Shown here: piece after piece, positions 1 through 12,695 of the stretch
Position numbering within the stretch: the stretch's first letter is position 1
Layout: each line of letters opens with the position of its first letter
Origin: Podospora anserina
Lineage: Eukaryota
Assembly (NCBI GenBank): GCA_017654855.1
Contig: CM030336.1
Span: 2,170,001-2,234,000 of the forward strand
Direction of reading: 5' to 3'
Length of the DNA stretch: 64,000 bases
Translations under genes and position numbers: made by a program
Notes under the pieces: generated by a model
What the model was told of the DNA's origin: nothing
The model's input: the letters and a program-made list of their open reading frames with translations, nothing else
Database searches by the model: none

Positions 1-91
1 CTATTCCCGTCCTGATTGGTTTTACTAGCGATTGGCTGTGCGTGTCATACCCCGCACACGGTCCGCTCTGCCCGTTGGCTTAACTGTGACA
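1..91 (-). mobile_element. U3 end of a chromovirus-family LTR (truncated by window edge), same U3 type as 13739-14143
   Basis: Ends ...ttggcttaactgtgaca. The ataccccgcacacggt segment aligns with gtaccccgtgcacggt at ~14099-14114. Two GATTGG (CCAAT) boxes. Confidence 0.8.
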
Positions 92-3000
92 GTTAGTAAC
101 TTCATTAATATAATTAAAATAAATTATTTATTATATACTATCTAACTGCACCGGAATAAATTATTTAGAAGCGCCTTCAATTATAATTTCTTTCAGAGGT
201 TTTAAATAGGGGTTTATTGTATATTATATATTTATTTTAACATTGCTATAGATGAATTAAAAGCCAGTTTTCTATTATTATTATTAATTACGAAAATATT
301 TAAATAAGTAATGTTCTTACCATACTGTTGATTAAGGGATAACCTACCACTATGGAGATTAGTATTTTCGATTAGCTTTTCGGACGTATTAAGAAGCTTA
401 AAGAAAAACCTTGATAAACTAAAGATTAGATCCTCGCAGTTAACGGAGAAAAACTAAATATTAAAGTTCCTGGTAAGTATTATCGGAAATATTAGTATAA
501 AGTAAAAATATGAAATAACGATCCGGTATTTATTGGTAGGGTCGCTTTAATCTAAAGAGAAAGTAGAAGAGATAAATATTCTTAAGTTATAATATATTAA
601 AAATATATTTAAACGGTAGAATCAATAAATAAAAGATCAAAAATTAATTAATTTCGGTATAGTTAGTATATTAAGCTAAAATACTCTATAGAAAACAACT
701 TTGTAGTATAAGGACTATTTCTAACCTAAAAAGTATATAAACAATATTATTTTTAAATACTAGAATCGACAAAAATATAATTTTAAATATATTTGACATT
801 ATAAGTATAGGACCCTTAAAGGATATAATCCTATGGGAATTATAGTATAAAGACTATAATTTCATAATTGATTAGAGAAATAGTAATCATTTACAATAAA
901 AAAAGCTTTAAAAGTATTTAATTAACGGTGAAAGAGTAAAAATACATACAAAGTAAAGTATAAGATAAGTACCCTCTATAGTATTATTATAAGAAGTTTA
1001 AAACGTAATAACGTTAATAAAAATATCGGAGGTTAACAAATATATTTATTATAATGACGTAAAGAAAGGCGAGAAAAAAGCGGTACCGGTGGAATATCGA
1101 AAGTATCTAGCCTTTACGACTAAGTATTTAAAGGGATTTCTAAAGTAGGAACTAGTAAACTATAATTTTAAATTAAAAAAAGAGGTAAATTACGGCTATT
1201 TAAAGTATGCTATATTAACGATAAGTAAAGTAAAGAGTTATTGAATTTTTCAGCGAGAATTTAAGAAAAGGATATATAAAGGAGTTTATACTATCAGTAA
1301 GATACCCCGTATTTCTATACTGAAAAGAAATAGTAATTTAAGATTATCTTTAGATTACCGTTAGTTAAATAATAAAACGGTTAAGAATAAGTACCCGTTA
1401 TCGTTAATAGCCAGGCTATAGAGTTATTTAATTAGGATATAATACTTCAAATACTTAAATCTATCTATTAAATACGCTCATATATAGATTCAGGGAGGAA
1501 ATAAAAAAAATAACTTTTCGTATACTCTATAATTATTTCGAATATTTCATAATACCATTCGGGTTACGCAATATACCAATAACGCTTTAATCTCTGATTA
1601 TTTATATAATCCGGAAATACTTTGAGAAAATATTACTATATTATTTTAACGATATTCATATTTATTTACGTACTTTAAAGGAATATAAGTAGTACGTATA
1701 AAAACTACTCGATACCTTATACGGAACCGGACTTTTAATTAATGAAGAAAACCAAATTTTATATATAAAAGATAGTATACTTAGGATATTTAATAGTATT
1801 AAGGAAAATTCGAAAAGAATTTGAGAAGATTACGGTTATTAAAGATTAGCTTATACTATAATTATAAATATACGTTAAAAATTTTAAAATCTTTAAATTT
1901 TTATCAAATATTTGTTCGGGGTACGTAAAGATTATGTAGTTTTCATTTATTCAATTAACAAAGACGTAGAGTTCCTGTAAAAGTGGGAGGAAAAATATGC
2001 CTTTTAAGAATTAAAGGAAATTATTTTGAAGGATCCGGTATTTATATTATTAAACCTTAATTAACCGTTCGAGATTAAAATCAATATACCAAACTATATA
2101 ATTCGAGATTAATTAAATTAGCGAAATAATAATGGAGAATTATTTTTCGTAACTCTCTTTTCTAACAAATTAAAGGAAGTATATTAAAATTTTAATCTAT
2201 AATAAAAAGCCATTCCCTATTACTCAAATATCCGAAATGTAAAGGTTATAATTTAATAGTTATAAAATATAGGTCTATATAGATTATAAGAACTTATAAT
2301 ATTTTATTAATGGGAAGGTTTTTAATATACGATAAACGTAATAATTAAAGTTTCTTTTAAAATTTATTTTCTAAATTAATTGTAGAAAGGGTTCGGAAAA
2401 CGCCAAGGTAAATATATGTAGCCGGTAAACTGATTATTACAAAGATATATTGGAGAAATTATATTATTATTTAAAGAAATGTTAAAAGGTACTTTTAAAT
2501 ATTTATTTTAACCGTGACTGAATTATTATATAATATATTATAAGTAAATTACTTTTAATAAATATTAACGGCTATTAAATAATAATATGATGAAGTAATA
2601 TTAATAAAAAATTTTAAAACAAGAAAGTATTTACAAAGATAGTTAAGAAGCACTACAGTATACAAATTGAGCGTATATAAAGTTAGGCGATAGAACGGTA
2701 TTAATATAAAGATTTACGGATAGAAATCCAAAAAATATATAAGTATTATCAAGACTATTAAAAGATTTAATAGTATTGTAATTAATCAAATATTAAAAAT
2801 AAATTTAAGGAAATTAGTTCATTACACTATATAGAAAAAAAGGGATATAAAATATAAACCTTATAAATTACTAAAAAAAAAAAATTGATAACCGGTGTTA
2901 AATATAATAATATATTAACGGTAATCGATAGGTTCATTAAGTAAACGTATTTTTTATTATATAAAGAAATTAAATTAATAAAATAAATAGCCAATATAGT

Positions 3001-3917
3001 ATTACGGTCTATTATAATAATATATATATAATTAAAGTAATTTATTACGGACCATAATATTAAATTCGTATCGAAGTGTTAAAAAGTATTAATAACAAAG
3101 TTACGGATAATGAGTAAAGCGTTTACGGCTTATTACCTTAAAATAAATATCTAAATAAAGCGGTTTCATTAAATTATAAAATAGTATTTCCAGAATTATA
3201 TTAATTTCGAACAAAACAATTAAATGAAAATATTATTTATACTATGATTAATATATAATATCTGTTTTTATAAACTTAAAATATAAAGTAGACTTACGGT
3301 AAGGACTTAATATTAAAGTACTTAAGGTTAGAATTAAAGTAAATAGATTGTATATATTTTACTGTAAGTTTAAGCAAAAACTGGAGTTTATAAAGGAAAG
3401 GATACAGAAATATTATAATATTAAAAGCCTCGAGAGATTTTGCTTATAATGGGGAATATAGTATTCTTTTCTATATGAAAACTACATATTAAAAACCTAT
3501 TAAAAAGCTAGATTATAGGAGAGTAGGCCCATTTGAAATTAAAAGGAAGATATCGGAAATAATTTTCCAATTAAAGTTACTTAGTACGATACGTTTATAA
3601 TTATATACTTTTTCTATTTTACTTTTAAAATGCGTATTACCGGTAAGTAAAGTTAATATATAGGAATGATAAGAAACGGGAAGGAAAAATAAATTATAAA
3701 AAGGATATTAAATTTATAATTGAATAAAAAATAATTAAAATATTTAATTGGTTAATTAAAATACCCGGCTATAAATAATTCGTAGGAACTAACGGTAAAC
3801 CTTAATTACTTAGGTAAACCGAAGGATTCTACCGGTAATACCTCAACCGATTAAAACTAATATGAGTAAAAAAAATATATTAGGATTTTCAAGAAATTAA
3901 AAATCTTAATACGTTAA

Positions 3918-3988
3918 AACCTTTAAAGGGAATCGAACCCGCGCCTCCTACGTAGAAGTCGGCGTATAATGTACTATATAACGAGGTT
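3918..3988 (-). ncRNA. tRNA-like unit embedded antisense in E1
   Basis: Minus strand reads aacctcg-tt-atat-agtacatt-atac-g-ccgac-ttctac-gtagg-aggc-gcggg-ttcgatt-ccctt-taaaggtt-tt. Intact B-box GGTTCGATTCCC; homologous to 16224-16293 and 24329-24398. Confidence 0.75.
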
Positions 3989-4030
3989 AATAGGACCGAA
4001 GGAATTTGGGTATAACTAACATTACGCGGC

Positions 4031-4660
4031 TCAATTACCCTAAGAAATTAGAGGCGTACTATTAACGGTACCTTAGGTAATTAGAAAAGAAGGGCAGGCT
4101 ATATTAGGATTTAAGGAAAAGTCGGAAGGCTAATTAAGACCTAAAGAAAAATCTAGAAAGGAAAAGTTAAATGGGACGGTCACTGAGGACTCTGCTACGG
4201 GACGGTCCCGAAGAGAGATAAAAGAAATAAATTACTCTTTACGATTAACTTTTTTTAACTCTTTTATATTATTAAAACTACGAGAAATAGTATGAAATAT
4301 TTTATTAAGCTAAAGACTTTTTCACTTTTGTAAATGAGCGACTTTAATTATACAAGTAGATAATTTAGCCTTCACCCTTTTTATATTAAAATTAAAACGG
4401 TTATAATAAATAACGATTTTACAAAGGTTAAAGCTAGAGGGATCGCCGGCCTTATAAAAAGACTAATTTGAAAAATATAAAAAGAGTAGCGAATAAAATT
4501 ATTAAAGAAAAGTTCGTAAGGAAATAAACGGCGTTCATAATAGGTATAATAGGTAAATATAGTAGAAAAGTTCCGTAAAATAATATCGAATAAAATGTTA
4601 CGATAAATAGTTTTAGGATAAGTAATTTTCGAGTGTTTAAAACTCCAGTAAAAAAATATA
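4031..4660 (-). pseudogene. RIP-mutated antisense accessory ORF of E1 (Zn2Cys6-like Cys cluster plus coiled coil)
   Basis: Minus strand Y-T-Y-Y-E-R-R-L-F-P-Y-x9-Y-S-F-Y with TAT/TAC at Cys positions (C-x2-C-x6-C-x9-C-x2-C after de-RIP). C-terminus GTVNSTPLIS*GN-stop matches E2/E3. 5' end approximate; at least one frameshift. Confidence 0.65.
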
Positions 4661-4753
4661 TAGTAAAGGATAAAAGAGGAGTTAAAAATTTACCGTATTA
4701 ATAATAAAAAGGAAATTAAGCTATAGGGATTTCGGCTTACAAAAGGAGTATTA

Positions 4754-4867
4754 TATTACGGTTTAAGAGAAGTAGAAACGTTAGGACTAGTAAACCTAAG
4801 CAGGCGAATAAGCAAGGCCTATAGGGTAGAAAATAATACGGGCTAGGGGATTTAGGAAATAGATCCA
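4754..4867 (+). mobile_element. Truncated 3' LTR (U3 fragment) of E1
   Basis: Follows the polypurine tract, starts tattacgg (RIP of tgtcacgg), and is cut by the LTR at 4868. Confidence 0.7.
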
Positions 4868-5238
4868 TGTGACGAACCCCTGTACAGAACCTCTGAAAGG
4901 GATACGGGTTGAAGGTAACTTCTGACAATTGGTTCGGTGCAGCTAAACAGTGCACAATAAGATGTCTCAATATAAACACAAGATACAGTGAATACAATTG
5001 TGAATTGCATACTGCGGAACTGTCTATCTACACCAGCCAGTTCCTCCGTATATATAGACCTGTTTATCACCATTATCACCAGTGATAATGTCGATTATCA
5101 CTCGTCGTTCACCGAAGGCTGGTGATAATCGTGATTATCACCCTTGGCGCTAGTGATAATCTCACTTCCCCACTTTTCCGTTCCTAGTGGTTGGACGGGT
5201 CGCGCCCCGCGCTCCCCACTTATGTCAGGTCCGTGACA
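4868..5238 (-). mobile_element. Chromovirus-family LTR, GATA-repeat U3 type
   Basis: TGTGAC...GTGACA termini, shared R/U5 module and TATATATA box. U3 matches 19124-19262. Flanks atcca/acaaa are not a TSD. Confidence 0.92.
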
Positions 5239-8200
5239 ACAAATTACTGTTCATCTCTGTATTATTACCTTGAATCCTTAAAGAAAAAATTCTTTAATTA
5301 TAAAATAGATTTTATAAACTCAAATTGTTTTGAGATTTTACCTTTATCATATCATAATATATAAAGTAATTACTTATAAATAAAAAGTCTTTTTCTTTTA
5401 TTACTTAGGTTAATGTACGTATTTATTCGTTATTTTCGTTATGTTTCTTTATGTATTTATTATACTTACTAATGGGTCTTTAAACAGTTAACTACTAGGT
5501 ATTTTTCTTAATCGTTATTAACAAATATAAAGTAAATTTATTATAATGATTGTATTAATTAATCAATATACAGTTGGTGATTATGATCAAACTTTCCGGC
5601 TAAACTTTATAAAAATAATTGATAAATTATTTAGGAAAGCTCTATACTAACCTTTATGTTTTATCGCTTTTTTTATACAACAATTATTATTTTCTATATA
5701 TTAACTATTACATTTTATTAGGTGCCCGTTAGCTTACTATCATTTATAAATATGTCTATTCCTCAGGTAAGATCATTGTTTATTCAATATATTAAAGTAT
5801 CTTTGTTTTTATTTTTGGCAATATTTATAAAGATATATAATTATTTGGTTTTTTTTATGTTATTACTACTTTTGTAATTATATCGGTTCATTTCTTATTA
5901 CATATAATATTTATTTTTTACTATGTATAATATTTAGTAACAATGTATTTTTTTAAAACCCTATATTAATACAGTTTAGATTGTATTAAATATTATAGTA
6001 CTTGGAACCTACTTCTGCTTATATATTACTTTATTTATAGTCTATACTTATACTATAATTTTATTTACTAACCTTTCAAACTACTCTTTTATTATTTCAA
6101 TGGTTTTTTAAAGGTTTAACTTAATATTATGATACATTTATAAGTTTCGGTATTATAAAAAATATATTTAATTACTTATTTATTCACTTATAGTTGAACT
6201 AATGATAAGCTAGTAACGATATATAATTCTCTATTTGTAAGGGTAAACAGCTCTTTTAGATTGGTAGATTCTCCCGTATCAGTTTCTTTATATAAATTAT
6301 AAAGTCGAGTTTACTTTTCTTAAATATATTCTTGTGACGAACCCCTATCCAGAACTTTTCAAAGGGATACTGGTTGAAGGCACTTCTGAATAATCCTGGT
6401 TCGGTACAGCTAAACATTGTACAACAAATGGCTTTTCACAATCACAATAGCTAAGATACCACGATTGTGACTTGTATTGCATACTGCGGAACTGTCTATT
6501 TACACCAGCCAGTTCCTCCGTATACATAGACCAGTGGACCGTGGACCGTTGACTTACAGACGGTCCTCGGTCCACTCCTGATTGACCGATACTGGACCGT
6601 GGACCGTGAGCTCCGCCGCGGTCCCCGGTCTCCATCTTATTGGTCCGTTTGCCCACCTGGACCGTGAGCTCCGCTCGATCGCGCGGTCCAGTCCTGATTG
6701 GTCCCTTGTGGCCCCACTGTCTTCCAGAACCGTGACATAAAGATATCATTATAATTTTAAGGATAAAAAGGGTATAAGAATTTTTGGAAGTTTATTAGGG
6801 GGAAAAAATTTATAGGGAAAATTCAAAATTGTTGTAGTACTGGCCAGACTTGACTTTATCTTATCACTTGCTCTGCACCTAACCTGACTCACTTGCTTGG
6901 CTGGTCTGTGCTTACCTACTATACGCTTGTACGTTTAAAGCCCTACTTAGCTGGCTATAAAGCTTTCCGTTTTTTCCCTTCTTTAACTAGAATCCTATCA
7001 AAATAAGTGGTCATATTATATCTTTATATCCTCAAAACCTTACTTATAAGATTATTCTAGCTTAACCGTTATGGTTTTTAAAAACTGTTTCATTTTCTTA
7101 ATTAACAAACCGAACCGAACTAAATTAAAATTCGGGTACTCATTAATGTTATCAAATATAATTATCCAAAAAGTCGCTATTATAAACGGAAAAGTTACTA
7201 TACTAATGAAAGTATATATTTAGAGAATAATTTGGTAATAATTCACATGACGAACACCGAACCCAACTAAATTAACTATTTGTATGTATATACTTTTATG
7301 ATGAGGTTAAGGCTCTTAATTCATATATTTATTAATATATCCAATTTATTTCAGAAATCTTCTTAAGAACCTCTTTATAAATAATAAAATTATTATTAAA
7401 CTCTATTATTACTTAGAATTTATGTGGATATACAGATTATTAGATAAAGAATTATTTTTTATATTATACGCCGAAATAAAAACGAAGATATTTCTTATAT
7501 CATATTAGCTAAGGTTAATAACGTGATATTAATTATATATATCAAGCTAAATGTTATTGAGATAATTTGGAGCCAGTACTTTACCCTTTTATGAGAGAAA
7601 CTAAATAAACATGTTAATAGTAAAATTACTGTATTCATTAAGTTTTTATTATTAATAGTAAAGTTATTAATCTTTTAACATTAAACATAAAATATTAAAT
7701 TTAAAGATCTTCTGAATAACAAGATATTCAATTAATTCATTATGGAAGATTTAAAGGTTATATTTATTAAAATTTCGATTTCCATCTATACCCAGAAATC
7801 CAATATTTATAGCTTTCACAAGTATAGAAATCAAGTAAAGATATCATTATTATCTTTAAATATTCAATAGTTTAAATTATTCTATTAATTTAATAGCCTA
7901 GATTATTTTATTAAGTTAATATCTAAAGGATCCTAAAACTCTTTATTACCCCGTTAACTCCGAAAGTATTTTTTCTTCACTTTAAATAACAAAAATAATA
8001 TCCCCACGAAAACTCTTTGTTTAAATAGAAATAAATAAAGGCTACTTATAACAAATTAGTACCTGTCAAAACAGTGAATTAAATTAATTATACTGTTGAA
8101 TTAAGTTCAGTTATCAGTATTGAATCCATTTACTATAATACGCTTATTTTCTTTTCAAATATTTAATATAACTTTTTCCTTATTACGAAGAGCTTCAAAA

Positions 8201-9900
8201 ATGATACCTTACCAATATTATATATTCAAATGGTACATTATGATGCTCCCTTTAAGGGATAGTTTAGGTTAATAAAGATTACACCTAAGGTTAACGGTAT
8301 TTATGATTCGATCAACGATACTATTTATACTTTTTTGAAGAGTTACTTAGGAGGTGATACCGCGATTACTTTGGAATTATACTTACGTCATAACTACTTT
8401 AAAGAGTTAATTACTTTGGATTAATTATTAAACTATTTATAAAATAAGACTATAATTCTAATTATATTCAAAAAGGTTAAAATAAGTTTAATACTCCAAC
8501 CATAAAACCGACTAGCAATTTTTATATATTTTTGAATATTTCATATAGTTAACTACTTAATATCATCTTTTCAGAGCTTAATACAATTATAAATTACAGT
8601 ATTATCTCACTATTACCTTCATAACTACTACTATCACTACTCACTTTTATACCTATGGTATTTTTGAGAAATAAATCTATATTAATATCGATTAATATAA
8701 GTCAATACAAAATTTTTAATGGTAATTTAAATTATAATACCAGTAGCTTTAGTAGTTTTAGATGATATTGTAGCTATAGTTATTATAAAAGTAAAGGAGG
8801 TTATAGTAGTAGCGGCTAAAATAATACTAACATGGGATTAACTATAAGCAATAGGTAACTAGGCCCCTAACTTACTACTAAAGAGATAGCTAAACTAATA
8901 GCTAACGGTACCCACTTTTTACACCGATCAATTAAACTACTGGAGTACATTATGACTCGGATATTGACTAATATAGGAGCTAAAAAATTCAGCTTTATAA
9001 CTTTAAAGTTTATAGAACAACTAGTTACAAATTTCAATATTCCTTAAAATAGTAATTTTAGTTCGGTAGTAATAAAAAGGTACTTTAGTAGGTAAAAGGT
9101 AGATGTTACTATTATAGTGGATTTGTTAATGGAAAGTAAGATAAATAAACAATGAGTATTGTTAACGGTAAATATACTAATGAATATTATATTAACTATG
9201 GTTTGGAAAATAGTCGGTATCGTTTTACTTGAAATTATGGACTATCTTATATAAAGAAAATATTAAGGTAGATTAAGAGTGGACTGTAGAATTTAAAGAA
9301 GAGGCCAGAGATAATAAAACAGTAGTAAATAAAAAGCAAAGCCCCAATAAAATGATAATAGAGAGGTTAACGAGCTCTGATATACTCCTAAAGTCACTAG
9401 TATATTTAATAAATTTGAGCCTACTCTAATATCAATTTCATAATATCTTTATTGAGTTTATCATATATTTAATATAAAGTTGAATAAATATATTGATTTA
9501 TGACTTTAAAAAATAATAGCAAATTAAAGATTATTTATTATATAAGGATTATAACTTAATTAGTATCCTAGTTATTAGGGGTAGCAGTTAAAGTAATACA
9601 TTTTAATAGTTTAGTTAATAGGTATAAAAAGTGTATAACAATGGAAAAAAACGGTATTATAATAATAGTAGTAAAATGATATAAAGAGGAAAAAGGCCCG
9701 CGATAGTATTAAATTACCTACCGGTAAGTAGGTGTTAGGTGAGTTATTAGTAAGGTACTAAAAAATTTATTATAGGAGGCGTTTAGAAGGTTAAATTATA
9801 TTACTATATTACCGTAATAAGTTTATAGGCTTAACAATTACAGACTAAAACGTGATTCTTAGGTAATATACCCTTATGCCTTTTTACTAACGTCGAGTAT
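5239..9900. repeat. Unclassified RIP-degraded repeat DNA (interrupted by the LTR at 6333-6737)
   Basis: AT-rich and stop-riddled, with no motif I can assign confidently. A less mutated stretch starting tgttgtag at ~6830 may be an LTR of another family. Confidence 0.5.
6333..6737 (-). mobile_element. Chromovirus-family LTR, GGACCG-repeat U3 type
   Basis: TGTGAC...GTGACA termini and a variant R/U5 module. U3 nearly identical to the reverse complement of 22446-22650. Flanks attct/taaag are not a TSD. Confidence 0.92.
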
Positions 9901-12400
9901 TAGCGTTATAAAACAACCATTTTATTAGTCTTTCTTTGATTTTTTTAATAATTGAAAACTTTCAAATATAGTTTTATGATATAGAAAGGTATATGGATTT
10001 TAATCACTTATAATATAAAACAATGTCTTTAGTATTATAGTGTTTTCATAATTACTATCTTACTATTTTGAAATCTTTAATACGTTCTTGCTTTTTACTT
10101 TAAATAAATTATGGGTTTTGATTATACTTAATAATTTTTCTAACTTACTATAAGTCTTGGAAGCTAGTTAAATATGAATCATGATAACAACACTATATTT
10201 ATTTATCTGAATATTCTTTAGTTTTAATATTTCATGATTTACTTCTGGTAAGGTCTTATCCGTCAAAAGGAAAGAAATAATATATCTGATATACAGTTAA
10301 GCTTACCTTTGATATATTATATTTTTAGAGGTATTACATTAATAAATTATTACTGATATAATTTTAAGTTAAATTTAATGGTATTGATTATTTTCAAGAG
10401 AAACTAATGTCTAACACTTTTTAGTCTTCAATAGTTACTTAACATTATAATATCTTGGGTACCTAATTATTAGTATCTTCTAAGCTTCTTATATATCTAT
10501 TTTAAACTTATTATTTTTCATGTAGTAGGCTATGAATCTTACTCACTATTTATTATTTTGTAGTTAACATATATGATTATTCAGCTAAATTAATAGATAT
10601 TCTTTGATTATTTTATTTTTTACTTTTTATATAAAATACTATAACCTTAATACTTTATTTACAAGTGTTAACTTGAATAAAGACTAGTCTGGTATAGTCC
10701 TAATACTAGAAATATAGGTTTATTACAAACTTTTAAAGTTTAATAAATACCTCATTATAGAAGGTTTAAATAGTAATACAGCCTTTATATTTTACTTTGG
10801 TACTTTTGCATTTCATAAATTCAATATTATGGCGGTTTCTTTTCAATAAAGTGGATTTTTATGTTTTGTAAGTTAGTTTCTTCTTTAAGCTATAGTATAA
10901 AAACTTGTAAAATACTACTATATTAACATGATAATGTAGAGTATTTAGTTTTATTAGTATTCTGACCTTAATCATGACTTCATCTATTTATTTATAGCTA
11001 CTATTCCCAGGCCATAAGCTTCAAACTCTAATATCTAAATTAATATAGATTTTGAAAAAACACTTGCTCCCGCTAATAATAATGTTAGGCTTTATAAAAA
11101 GTTAAAAATTATCTTATATACTCTATATACACTTTATTTATTATATCACGTATAATAATATTATCAATATAAAGATTGAACAAGTTTTATATAGTATAAA
11201 ACATTAGCTTATGCATTATTAAATATATATAAGTACATTCTTGAAGTCTATTGACATTATTTTATAGAACTTCAAGCTTTTTAGGTTAATTTGAATTATA
11301 TAATTTAATAAAAGTTCTATATTAATAACTGGTAGAGTAAGGTATTATGAGTCAATACTATTTATTCATTAAATACATGTCTATAACTATACGTACTTTC
11401 TTTTTGGATAATCCGTTAAATAATAAATGTAGGGTGCTTATATCTTTACGTTCGTTGTATTAGATAATGGTAATCTTTTACGATATATATAGTCTCTCTT
11501 CCAATATATTTGATTTGTAGGTTTTCTTGAATTACTCTTTATTTATTTTTCATCTTCTTCAGCTTTAACTTTTACATTGAATATGAATTTCGCGCTATTC
11601 TTTTTAAATTAACTGGCTTCTTACTATATTCTTTTGAATGTATTATCTTAATATGTATATTATCCTCTTTTATTTATTTAATATCCTAATATTTTTTAAT
11701 CAAATTTGCAAAGTATTTAGTATTTTTCGATAGTAAGTATTTCAAATATGGAAACTATTACTGTATTAATTTCATTTAAACCTTTAACTTTCTCGGAATT
11801 AACTATCTTTTACCGGTTTATTTATCACGGATTTTTTTAAATAAAACCGTTTTACTCTTTACATTCAGTATAATATATTACTTGTATAGTAAAACGGTGT
11901 CCTTAAATAAATGCGTTAATTCATAGGTTATAAAAGCAAAGTTTTATTATTGACTTTATTAATTAGTTAAATAACGATATTTTACATTAATTATATAATA
12001 TATATGGTATTTTACCTATGTAGCATATACTATACAGTACGAAAGATATAAAAGAAAATAAAAGCAATGCTTTATACATTTTAGCGCTATTGCCGTATAA
12101 TAAGCTTTCGTAAAAGTATCCGGTACTCTAGTAAAAACCGGTTAGAGACGTATATAAAAAGTTTAATTACGTTATAATAACAGGCCTACGTAGTATATAT
12201 AACTATAGCGTTATATAGTAACGGTATCGGATACGTCATGGAAAACTAACCTTGGGTAGTAACATTATTACATATAAAGAAGTTAAACGAGGTAAGCTAA
12301 AGTACAAAGTCTAGCTTTTTCTTTAGCTATATAAATCCTTTAGTATGATATTTAATACTTTTTATCCTTTTTACTTTTAATAAATATAATAACGGTTTGA
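9900..12400 (-). mobile_element. Degraded Ty3/gypsy pol relic of a different family (RT-RNase H)
   Basis: Minus strand reads ctt tat att gat aat att att (LYIDNII, YIDD relic) at ~11155-11175, preceded by an MxxxFKN motif. ata gcc tac tac (IAYY, RNase H) at ~10522-10533. Boundaries approximate. Confidence 0.7.
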
Positions 12401-12445
12401 TCTTGTACTTATCAATAAAGTTTATATTCATAAGCACCTAGCTTA

Positions 12446-12695
12446 CTAGCTAGGTCTCTATATATAAAGGGCTTTTCTATAAAGCAAGGTTTTTTAAGAT
12501 TATAAATATATTGATATATTAATTCTTTAAATAACTTTTATATTTTTAAGTAAAGTTAAAAAAAATTATGATGCTGGAATATTACGAGGTTAGTGAAAAA
12601 ATCTATATTTAAATATATATATAAATATTTATAATCCGTAACTTCATTACTTTAACCCTCATGAAAAAGCCCTCTACCTATAGAGACCTAGTTAG
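12446..12695. repeat. Imperfect ~35-bp inverted repeat pair enclosing ~180 bp (possible MITE relic)
   Basis: ctagctaggtctctatatataaagggcttttctat (12446-12480) vs reverse complement of 12661-12695: 29/35 identical. Confidence 0.55.

Larger units (their letters stand above)
92..4867 (+). mobile_element. E1: RIP-inactivated Ty3/gypsy chromovirus with internal gag deletion
   Basis: U5 remnant ending ~221, PBS and gag start. RT YxDD relic (tat tat ttt aac gat att, ~1638-1655), RNase H and integrase. Chromodomain relic (YLIxxxxYPxxNNS*EL, ~3740-3800). PPT aaaaggagtatta and 3' LTR start tattacgg at 4754. Colinear with the reverse complement of E3 and E2. Confidence 0.9.

Noticed and set aside
4737-6749. 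ORF-track ORFs 4737-4997, 4852-5079 and 6345-6749 (also 22445-22630 and 34727-35020)
   Set aside because: They lie within LTRs, are open only because these are GC-richer, and are not conserved in frame between copies.
6829-7070. Possible copia-type LTR starting tgttgtag
   Set aside because: No partner LTR, TSD or clear PBS could be identified.
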